Part shown: positions 15,839-23,186 of the stretch, piece after piece
How the letters are laid out: each line of letters opens with the position of its first letter
Numbering within the stretch: position 1 is the first letter of the stretch
NCBI GenBank assembly: GCA_938004865.1
Contig: CALKVT010000185.1
Span: 1 to 29,195 of the forward strand
Length of the DNA stretch: 29,195 nucleotides
Direction of reading: 5' to 3'
Origin: an uncultured Myxococcales bacterium
GTDB lineage: Bacteria; Myxococcota_A; Polyangia; Haliangiales; Haliangiaceae
The notes under the pieces: generated by a model
Told to the model about the DNA's origin: nothing
What the model saw: the letters and a program-made list of their open reading frames with translations, nothing else
The model's database searches: none
Program-made: the position numbers and the translations under genes

Positions 15839-16170
15839 CCTCGGTCGTCCTTTCCGCGCACCAGGGGCAGGTGCGCGAGCAAGCGGCGCACGCGCGCGCG
15901 TGGCATCGGAGCCAGTCCGATCGCCATCGGCGCGCCGCACCAGGGCTCGTCCGGTTCCCGGACGAAGACGTGGCGCACGCCGGCCACCGCGAGCGCGCGC
16001 GCGAGCGCGCGCAGCTCCGCCTCCGAGGCGGACAGCGCGACGGCGTGGGTCGGCGGGCTCGCCGCGGCGGCACCGCGGAGCTGCGCCGACTCGCCGGCCG
16101 CATGCACGATCATCGCGGCCTGGACGCCCACCGGGGCGTCGCGCCTGACGATCACGTAGTGGTAGGCCAC
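15835..16170 (-). CDS. PTH2-family (archaeal/eukaryotic-type peptidyl-tRNA hydrolase)-like protein; GTG start at 16170 or 16155
   Basis: [24 protein letters not shown] aligns by eye with PTH2 [58 protein letters not shown]...[24 protein letters not shown] aligns with VVVKAPDEETL..AKMLGL...[37 protein letters not shown]. Confidence 0.65.
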   Translation of the reverse strand: [111 protein letters not shown]

Positions 16171-16385
16171 CTCGGAAGGGCGGTCGCTACCCGGGCCGGC
16201 GTCAATGCATGGGCGCTAACGTGGATCCGGGCCGCCGCCCGCGCAAGAGGTGGATTTGCATCGAGAAGAAAAGACGCAACCCCGGCGGGCGCTGCCGATA
16301 CGGTCAGCGTGCTCGCGAACGAGGCCGTCGCCATGGTGCGACCGACTACAGAAGTCTCCCGATCCTCGCGTAGGATGGGCTGTCC

Positions 16386-19300
16386 GTGACGCGGTCGTCT
16401 CGACGTGAGGGCTCCGGGGAAGGTGCGGCGCCGGCGGCCCCGGGAACCTCGCGACGCGTCGCACCCGGCAAGGTGACGGCCACGCAGCGCCTGCCGGCCG
16501 GACGTCGCGATGGCGGCGCGCCGGCGCCGTCCGTGTCTGCGGCCGGAGCCGACGGTGAGTCGGCCGCCAGCGTGCAGCTCCAGGCCGACGATCCGTTCGC
16601 CCTGCATTTGCTACCGGCGGAGGACGTCGCGCGCGTGGCGGCCGCCGGGACACAAGGGCCAGGATCGACGCTTCCGCACGGCGACCAGCTCCAGGCGAGC
16701 TTCGGCCGGCACGACCTGTCCGGCGTGCGAGCTCACGTGGGCGGCGCAGCCGCGGACGCCGCGGGGCAGATCGGCGCGCGTGCCTACGCCACGGGCAGCG
16801 ACATCGCGTTCGCGGAGCCGCCCGATCTCCACACCGCGGCCCACGAGGCGGCGCACTTCGTCCAGCAGCGCGCCGGCGTCCAGCTCTATGGCGGTGTCGG
16901 TCAGGCCGGCGATCGGTACGAGCAACACGCGGACGCCGTCGCCGACGCGGTCGTCCGCGGGGAATCCGCCGAGCCGCTCCTCGATCAGATGGCCGGCGCC
17001 GGGGTGGCTGCTCCGGCGGTCCAGCGGCAGGAGGGAGGCCAGCGTTCGGGTGCCGGTGCCGCTCGCTCGTCGGACGTCGGGACAGCCGCGACCGCGTTGC
17101 GTGAGGCCGTCGAGCTCGCGGAGCTCGGACTGGCGCGGCGGCGGACCTTCCCCGACGCCGACGTCGTCCGCGTGAACGCAGCGGTGAAGGCGCTCGCCGA
17201 CGCGCTCCACACGCACGGCGGGAAGCTGGCCAAGACGGACGACAAGGCGCTCGACCAGGCGATGTCGGCGGCCTACGCGCTCGCGAACGCGCTCACGATC
17301 GGCGAGCACGCGCGGCCCAAGCTGGGCCACGAGCTCCGCGAGACCCTCGCCGGGCTGCAGCGGCTCGTCGACGATCCCCGGAACGACGAGCCCTCACGCA
17401 CGCCGGCCGAGCTCATCCCCGTCGCGGCGGACAGCCTCGCCAAGCTCAGGGTGGCGCGCGTCCATGTCGCCGAGCGCATCCTCGACTATCCGTCGGCGGA
17501 CCTGCACGCGCTCGACCAGGCGATCACCGAGACCTCCGGTTGGGTCACCACGCTCTCCGGCGCGGGCGGCACGCGATCGGCGCAGCGGCTCTCGCGCGCG
17601 GTGACCGATCAGGCCTCCGTGCTCGCGCAGGTCATCCCCGAGCTGGAGGGCTTCCTCGCGCAGCCGCTCACCGAGTCGAGCGACGCGGTCGTGCACGCGC
17701 TGGTGCTCGCGCTCGCGCACTCGACGAAGCGCTCCGACAAGGCCCGACGCACCGCCGAGCTCGCGAAGCGGACCCGGCGCAAGCAACGGTTCGACGCACC
17801 GCGCTCGGTGATCGAGGGCAGCGACGACCGCGTCGCCGAGCTCGGGCAGTTCGACAAGCGGGAGGGACGCCGGGCCCAGCGCGAGCAAGACCGACTCGAG
17901 GGCCGGGTCGCGCAGCTCGAGAAGCGTGTCGCCACGGGGGGCACGGTCTCGGGCGTCGAACGCGACGAGCTCCTGGTGGAAGCGCGCGAGCACGACTATC
18001 GCACCCACGTCCGCGTCCTCGAGCTCCAGCTCCGCGACACCGCCAGCGGGCTCGACCAGCTCGACGACGGCTTCACCGGCGGCGTGAACCGCTACAGCAA
18101 CGAGATCCCCGAGCTGGTGAGCGACCTGCGCGGCATGGCGCGCGTCGCGGCGGCCGCGATCCGCGGCTACCAGGAGCGCGTCGCGCTCATCGAGGCGGCG
18201 GCGAGCGAGATCGACGACGACGCGCAACGCCGGGGGGAGATCGCGCGCGACAAGCTCGCCGCGCTGGACTGGATGGCGCAGTTCATCGCCGACCACGTGC
18301 AGAACGCGCGGCTCGAGAAGCGCCTCAAGGACGCCATGGCCGCCGCCGAGCGCGCGCAGACGCGGCTCTTCATCGCGAACCTGCTCACCACGATCGCCAT
18401 GACGCTCGCCGGAAACCTGGCCGCGTCCGCCGCCCGCGGTGTGGCCGAGGGCGCGTGGCTGGCGCGCGCCGGCGCGGCTGGCGGAGACGCGATCGCCGTC
18501 GGTCGCACGGCGAAGATCGTGGGCACGGTCGCTGGCGCCGCCGTCGACGTGGGCGTCAACAGCGTGGGACAGAAGCTCGCGCTCGGCGACAAGCGCTCGT
18601 TCCTCGACGTGATGGCCGCGAACGCGCTCACCGGCCTGGCGGTCCACGCGGTGCAGGTTCACTTCGTCAAGATCGAGCACCTGGTCGACGACGTCGCGGC
18701 GACCGCCAGCGCCTGGCAGAAGCTCGCGACCCACGGCAAGAAGCTCGCGGCCAGCTTGCCCGAGCTCTCGATGGGCATGATCGTCGGCGCCGCGACCGAC
18801 CACGCCTACACCAAGGCCCGCGGCTACGAGACGCCGCCGGCGGATCCCGACGCGATGGTGTCGGAGTGGATGGCCCAGGGCGCGGCCATCGCCATCGGTC
18901 GCCACGTCGCGGCCCACAGCCAGGCGTTCAAGACGCTCTCGGCTCGGCTGCAGGGAGGCGCCCGGACGTACGCGCACGCGCGCGTGCTGGCGATGGACCT
19001 CGACGTGCGGGCGGCCGGCGTCATGCGTACCGGCGACATCGCCCACGCGCAGGCCGTCCTTGCCCAGTACGAGACGCTCCTGGCGATCGAGCGCGCCATG
19101 ATCGCGAACGAGCTCGAGGCGGCCCACCCGAACCGGCGCCTCGCGGAGGACACGCTGGAGGACGCGTCGCCGCGCCCGCGACGTGAGGCCGGCGAAGACG
19201 CGGACGAGCCCGAGCGCCTCCCTCGCACGGAGCCTGACCGGGATCCTCGCTCGCCGGAGGGCTGCGCGACAACGCGGCCGCCATCAAGGCGGGCGAGCCC

Positions 19301-19838
19301 GGCTACAACTCGGTCGTCGGGCACGCCGCCAGCGAGGCGGACGGCATCGCACTCATGCAGCGCCTCATGCGCGGCGACGTCACGGCGCTCGCGGAGCTCG
19401 GCTGGAAGCAGAAGGGTGACTTCGACCCCAGCTCACGCGAGTGGGGTCTGGGCAAGCTCGGCAAGAAGTACGTCATCGTCGCCGGCGAGCACGGCGCGGT
19501 CGACTGGAGCACGCTCGATGGCGTCGAGCCCGTCGGGCATTCCCACCCGATCGATGGTGATCGCGTGCAACGTCAGGCCGGACAGCGCCTCGACGTCCGG
19601 AAGCTGGTTGCTCGGTCGGATGCCCAGAACCTCGACGCTGCCCTGGTGTTCGCCTCACCGAGCGACATCCAGTTCGCGGCTCTCCGCGGATTGTCTCGGC
19701 ACGCGCTCGCGCTGCCTTACGAGCACCTCGGTGGCAGCGAGATCATGCTCGCCTCGAAGGAGCCGTCGGGCCGGCCACAAGTCCTGCTCGTCCTGGAGCG
19801 CGCGACGTACCTGGGAACCGACGACGGTGGCGCCATGA
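16386..19838 (+). CDS. giant DUF4157-domain (HExxH) toxin-like protein, N-terminal reading frame; only about 16386-19250 looks coding in this frame
   Basis: N-terminal [10 protein letters not shown], then [25 protein letters not shown]...[13 protein letters not shown]...[11 protein letters not shown] (HEAAH at 16842-16856), typical of DUF4157. A roughly 750-aa helical region with hydrophobic segments follows. After about 19260 this frame becomes Ser/Arg/Thr-rich with low GC3 (out-of-frame look). Confidence 0.75.
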   Translation: MTRSSRREGSGEGAAPAAPGTSRRVAPGKVTATQRLPAGRRDGGAPAPSVSAAGADGESAASVQLQADDPFALHLLPAEDVARVAAAGTQGPGSTLPHGDQLQASFGRHDLSGVRAHVGGAAADAAGQIGARAYATGSDIAFAEPPDLHTAAHEAAHFVQQRAGVQLYGGVGQAGDRYEQHADAVADAVVRGESAEPLLDQMAGAGVAAPAVQRQEGGQRSGAGAARSSDVGTAATALREAVELAELGLARRRTFPDADVVRVNAAVKALADALHTHGGKLAKTDDKALDQAMSAAYALANALTIGEHARPKLGHELRETLAGLQRLVDDPRNDEPSRTPAELIPVAADSLAKLRVARVHVAERILDYPSADLHALDQAITETSGWVTTLSGAGGTRSAQRLSRAVTDQASVLAQVIPELEGFLAQPLTESSDAVVHALVLALAHSTKRSDKARRTAELAKRTRRKQRFDAPRSVIEGSDDRVAELGQFDKREGRRAQREQDRLEGRVAQLEKRVATGGTVSGVERDELLVEAREHDYRTHVRVLELQLRDTASGLDQLDDGFTGGVNRYSNEIPELVSDLRGMARVAAAAIRGYQERVALIEAAASEIDDDAQRRGEIARDKLAALDWMAQFIADHVQNARLEKRLKDAMAAAERAQTRLFIANLLTTIAMTLAGNLAASAARGVAEGAWLARAGAAGGDAIAVGRTAKIVGTVAGAAVDVGVNSVGQKLALGDKRSFLDVMAANALTGLAVHAVQVHFVKIEHLVDDVAATASAWQKLATHGKKLAASLPELSMGMIVGAATDHAYTKARGYETPPADPDAMVSEWMAQGAAIAIGRHVAAHSQAFKTLSARLQGGARTYAHARVLAMDLDVRAAGVMRTGDIAHAQAVLAQYETLLAIERAMIANELEAAHPNRRLAEDTLEDASPRPRREAGEDADEPERLPRTEPDRDPRSPEGCATTRPPSRRASPATTRSSGTPPARRTASHSCSASCAATSRRSRSSAGSRRVTSTPAHASGVWASSARSTSSSPASTARSTGARSMASSPSGIPTRSMVIACNVRPDSASTSGSWLLGRMPRTSTLPWCSPHRATSSSRLSADCLGTRSRCLTSTSVAARSCSPRRSRRAGHKSCSSWSARRTWEPTTVAP

Positions 19839-20752
19839 GGTTCCAGTCGCGAGCGACGATGCAGGCCGGCGACGAGGTGATCTGGCAAGGCACGATCGAC
19901 GCCGTTTATCCGACGGGGGCTGAACCTCACCTCGAGTTCGACGCATCTTCTCGAGCCGGCGCGCGCGTCGAGCTCCCATCGCCCGGCGGGAGCAGAACGA
20001 AGAGCGGTGGAGAACGCGACCAACGGCCGGGGAGGTCACCCCCGGGCGATGCGAATGCCGTAGGTCATTCACCGGACTCGACTGGCAACGACGGACACGT
20101 GGCGGCTCCGGCTGTGGCGACAGGCCGGGGGCTACCGGCGTTCCCCGTACGCAAGTCTGACGTGCAGGAGAGAGTGCGCGAGACGCCCGAGTCCTTCGAG
20201 CTCGAGTTCGTGGCGAAGGATCCGGATAGCAACGAGGTGTCGCTCGGAAAGGGAGCGGTCAGGCTCGATGACCAAGGGCAGCCGAAGGGGGCGCCGAGCT
20301 TCACGCTGGTCGCAACGATGACCGTCAGGAACGCGGATCACAGCGTGCAGATCTTCGACGACGTCGACGCCTCTTCCGGCGCAATGCCGACAGGTATCGG
20401 TGACCGTATCCCGTTGACCCAGCACGCGATCGCCAGGTACGTCGATCGGCACGCGAGCCGGTTCGGCACGCCGCCGACGACGCTCGAGGGCCGCCTCGCA
20501 TGGTCGAACAAACTCAATTTCCAGCGAGAGTTCTATCTGGCCAAGACTCGTGACGGACTAGCTGAGTACGATGCGGCGCAGCAGGCGATCCGGCGCATCT
20601 CCTTCGGCCGGCACCGTGTTGCGGCCGGCTACGATCAGTTCGTGGTGAACATGAAGATGAAGGAGCTCGTAGATCTGGGTCCTGGCATCGGCAAGCAGCG
20701 CGTTCCGCGTGACATCGAGGTGATCGCCTACCGCACGGGTGGTGTGCCATGA
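19355..20752 (+). CDS. C-terminal part of the DUF4157 toxin-like protein (the frame is open and coding-like from 19238, with no canonical start before the ATG at 19355)
   Basis: High GC3 and a natural sequence from 19238 ([41 protein letters not shown]...). It overlaps the 16386 frame by about 480-600 nt. It contains the HSHP...SPSD signature and an unrecognised C-terminal domain. Confidence 0.7.
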   Translation: MQRLMRGDVTALAELGWKQKGDFDPSSREWGLGKLGKKYVIVAGEHGAVDWSTLDGVEPVGHSHPIDGDRVQRQAGQRLDVRKLVARSDAQNLDAALVFASPSDIQFAALRGLSRHALALPYEHLGGSEIMLASKEPSGRPQVLLVLERATYLGTDDGGAMRFQSRATMQAGDEVIWQGTIDAVYPTGAEPHLEFDASSRAGARVELPSPGGSRTKSGGERDQRPGRSPPGDANAVGHSPDSTGNDGHVAAPAVATGRGLPAFPVRKSDVQERVRETPESFELEFVAKDPDSNEVSLGKGAVRLDDQGQPKGAPSFTLVATMTVRNADHSVQIFDDVDASSGAMPTGIGDRIPLTQHAIARYVDRHASRFGTPPTTLEGRLAWSNKLNFQREFYLAKTRDGLAEYDAAQQAIRRISFGRHRVAAGYDQFVVNMKMKELVDLGPGIGKQRVPRDIEVIAYRTGGVP

Positions 20753-21477
20753 GCCGAATCGAGGAGTTGCTGGGTCGCGTGATCGAACCCGCAGAACGGC
20801 AGAGCGTGGACGCGCTCTACGATCTTCGCCCCGAACAGCTCGCCGAGGTCTCGGCACTTGTCCGGGTCGGCCGGGTTCCCGCCGTTCAATACTTGCAGAT
20901 GCTCGTTCGGCACAGTCATCTGGATCATGTCGCGGACTTCCTGGATCAAGTGGTGGTAGGCGGCGCAGATATCGCTTCATGGGGCCGCAGGGATCAGTTC
21001 TGCACGATCGAATTGGAGATCGCTTCCTTGCTGAGGCTGTCGCTGCACGACTTTGCGGCCGCACTCGCTCCCGTTGGGGATCGTGGATGGCTTCGCGTGA
21101 CGCCGGACGTGAGCACGTGGGATGGCACCTCGTTCTGCGGCGCGCCGGGCAAGGTCGTGGCCGCAGCCCCGTACTGGTGGGTGTGTGACCAGCCGCTGAC
21201 ATGCATCGACGCGGCTTCCGAGCGTCTGGAGCCGGTCGAGGACCTGGAGAACGCGTTCCGTCGCTGGCTTGCGTCGCGGATTGCCTGGGAGATGCGTGGG
21301 CGGCCCCGTCCAACTTCCCAGGAGGAGTGGCAACGAGCGCTCGGGGTTACGACGATGTCCATCGACGCGCGGATTGCCATCCAGGCGCTGGTCGCCGAGG
21401 AAGACGGGAACGTTGCGCAGGGCCTTCCGCCCGGGTTTCGCGCGCCCGATGACGCGTTCGAACGGACGCCCCCATGA
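20749..21477 (+). CDS. hypothetical 242-aa protein; candidate immunity/accessory protein
   Basis: The ATG overlaps the upstream stop (ATGA at 20749-20752). Coding-like composition, and the competing antisense ORFs are Arg/Pro-rich. Lower GC. I recognise no family. Confidence 0.6.
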   Translation: MSRIEELLGRVIEPAERQSVDALYDLRPEQLAEVSALVRVGRVPAVQYLQMLVRHSHLDHVADFLDQVVVGGADIASWGRRDQFCTIELEIASLLRLSLHDFAAALAPVGDRGWLRVTPDVSTWDGTSFCGAPGKVVAAAPYWWVCDQPLTCIDAASERLEPVEDLENAFRRWLASRIAWEMRGRPRPTSQEEWQRALGVTTMSIDARIAIQALVAEEDGNVAQGLPPGFRAPDDAFERTPP

Positions 21478-21480
21478 CTC

Positions 21481-21753
21481 ATGAAGCACGCAGAAGACAT
21501 CCGCGATGTGCTGCGCGCCCTCGAGGGCCTGGCTGAGATGGAAAGAATCCGCCTGCTGGGACCAGATGGGCTGATTCCGATGAAGGACGTGCCCGCCTTG
21601 CGCGCTCGATCGCGCTACCTCGAGCTCGATGAAGGCCGCGGCGAGCTTGCAGCCCATGCCGGTCTCGAGGCCCTTGCGTGCGTTCCGGCGTTGCGTGCCA
21701 TCCTTCTGGAGGCGCAGGCACGCGGTCTCCACGTATCCATGGATTCGGGTTGA
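21481..21753 (+). CDS. hypothetical 90-aa protein
   Basis: The ATG is 3 nt after the previous stop, and the next gene starts 2 nt after its stop. Helical composition. I recognise no family. Confidence 0.5.
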   Translation: MKHAEDIRDVLRALEGLAEMERIRLLGPDGLIPMKDVPALRARSRYLELDEGRGELAAHAGLEALACVPALRAILLEAQARGLHVSMDSG

Positions 21754-21755
21754 TC

Positions 21756-23087
21756 ATGCGACTCGGCGGACACCCCCAGAACTCGGTTCGCTTCTTCACG
21801 AGCGCCGCCCTCCGTTCACACGAACAGGTCGCTGGCGAGACGCTCGGCTGGATCCCCCGCGCCATCACGGTCGAGTTCGAAGGCGATCGGCCGGTGACCG
21901 GGGTGTGGCGCTCCGCCGAGGGAGATCGCTGCGTCTGCTGGTACTCCGCTCAGCTCACCGAAGAACTTGCGGCCGCGCACATGGAGCGCTACGGCGAGGA
22001 GCCGTTCTGGGTCGTTGATCGGACCGACCCGCGAGGAGGAAGGAACATCGTCGTGCATGAGTGTGATGCGCGTGGATACGTGATCGCGCGCCGACGCTGG
22101 GAGTTCGACACGAATCTCATGCCGCTTCGCGACGAAGGGCGTGCGGCCGACGGGTCGCTTCTGTGGACGCGTACGTACGAGTGCACGAACAACGGAGTAC
22201 CGTTCGCCGCCACCGAACTTCGACCAGGTGGTGATCCCGTCGTCCTGCAGCGACCGATCGCGTTTCCAGCACCGGCGCTGGCGGGCGAGCCATTTCCGTG
22301 CGGCGGCGCGATCGGACGCGACGGACCGAGGCTCGTCGCGCCGATCCAGCAGAACAGCTACCAGGGGCGCTATTGGGCGGTCTATCGAGAAGGGCCGATA
22401 TGGAAGCGCGGCCTCGCCACGATCGCGACGAGCAAGCGCGCGTGGCCGGCAGAGCTCAGCCCCATCCTCGACTTCTCAGGTAACGGTATTGCCCCGCTCG
22501 TCGAGGTGGGCGAGTTGGTCCACCCGCGGCGGGCGGGCTATCCGTTCTTCGGCGTCGTCGAGGCGTTTCCAGATGGCGAAACGCTGGAAGAGCGCGTTCG
22601 CCGGGAACCGCTCAGCCTGCATGGGGCGCTCGCGCTTGCGCTCGACGTCGCCGTGGTGGCGCGTCGTGCACACGAGGCAGGCCATCCGCTCGGCGGCATC
22701 CGCCCGGAGCTCATCTGCGTGCGCGAACGGGACGGCGAGGTGTCGCTGGTTGGCATCGCTCATCGGGGGCCAGCGGTGCTGTCCACGACCTACTCGGGTG
22801 AGCAGATCCGCTGGCCGCCCATCTTCGCCGCCGACTTCTCGAGCTCCGACGACGCGCGAGGCCTCGCGCAGCTGGTCTGGTTTACGCTCACCGGAACCCA
22901 TCCGTTCCTGGCTCCGGACGACTGTCGATGGGACCCGAGCTGGAACGAGTTCCGTCACCAGCGACGGCGGAGGCAACCGTGGACCGGTCCGCCGACGATC
23001 GGGCGGGTGCTCGAGCATGCACTGTTCGACTCCAGCCCGGTGGGCTTCGACGTGCTCGTCGACGAGCTGTCTCGCCTTCGAGCGTGA
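21756..23087 (+). CDS. 443-aa protein with an unknown N-terminal domain and a C-terminal protein-kinase-like fold lacking catalytic residues (pseudokinase)
   Basis: ATG at 21756 (inside ORF 21678..23087). FFGVVEAFPDGETLEERVRREPLSLHGALALALDVAVVARRAHEAGHPLGGIRPELICVRERDGEVSLVGIAHRG aligns with kinase subdomains V-VII, but HRDLKPxN is replaced by LGGIRPEL and DFG by LVG. Confidence 0.65.
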   Translation: MRLGGHPQNSVRFFTSAALRSHEQVAGETLGWIPRAITVEFEGDRPVTGVWRSAEGDRCVCWYSAQLTEELAAAHMERYGEEPFWVVDRTDPRGGRNIVVHECDARGYVIARRRWEFDTNLMPLRDEGRAADGSLLWTRTYECTNNGVPFAATELRPGGDPVVLQRPIAFPAPALAGEPFPCGGAIGRDGPRLVAPIQQNSYQGRYWAVYREGPIWKRGLATIATSKRAWPAELSPILDFSGNGIAPLVEVGELVHPRRAGYPFFGVVEAFPDGETLEERVRREPLSLHGALALALDVAVVARRAHEAGHPLGGIRPELICVRERDGEVSLVGIAHRGPAVLSTTYSGEQIRWPPIFAADFSSSDDARGLAQLVWFTLTGTHPFLAPDDCRWDPSWNEFRHQRRRRQPWTGPPTIGRVLEHALFDSSPVGFDVLVDELSRLRA

Positions 23088-23186
23088 TCGTGTGCCATCC
23101 ATGTCGGATTCCGCGGTTGGCTCGGCCCGGGCGACATGTGATCCCCGCCGTTGACGTCGGGTCGGGCAGGGGCTGACGATGGTTCC

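Noticed and set aside
11751-16103. A single 1450-aa minus-strand ORF spanning the SWIM, SNF2, tRNA-like and upstream genes
   Set aside because: Only its last 293 codons (from the ATG at 12632, with a strong RBS) read as real protein (SWIM). The rest is Arg/Ala/Gly/Pro-rich off-frame translation overlapping the well-supported SNF2 frame (12671..15379). It is a high-GC open-frame artefact.
16171-16385. The A-rich patch gagaagaaaagacgc and TTGCAT / TAGGAT hexamers as defined promoters for the divergent PTH2-like and DUF4157 genes
   Set aside because: The hexamers do not sit at a 16-18 bp spacing from any partner element. I cannot support a specific promoter call from the sequence alone.
17394-19186. 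Long ORFs 17394..19127(-) and 17540..19186(+) overlapping the DUF4157 gene
   Set aside because: Both are Arg/Gly/Asp-rich alternative-frame products. The 16386 frame has the natural composition and the recognisable DUF4157 domain.
19238-19262. Programmed -1 ribosomal frameshift joining the two toxin frames
   Set aside because: There is no X-XXY-YYZ slippery heptamer in the permissive interval, and I saw no obvious downstream pseudoknot or hairpin. An indel (real or a sequencing error) is more parsimonious. This is kept as a low-probability alternative in the finding.
19538-19555. HSHPID read as a metallo-beta-lactamase HxHxDH motif
   Set aside because: The register is off by one (H-x-H-x-x-D), there is no following His, and the surrounding context does not resemble the MBL fold.
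15380-23150. A tRNA-anchored integrative genomic island carrying the toxin-like locus
   Set aside because: No integrase or recombinase gene was found, and I found no direct repeat of the tRNA-like 3' half. The low-GC patch lies on the 5' side of the tRNA-like gene rather than next to its 3' end. The composition shift is better explained by cassette exchange within the toxin locus.
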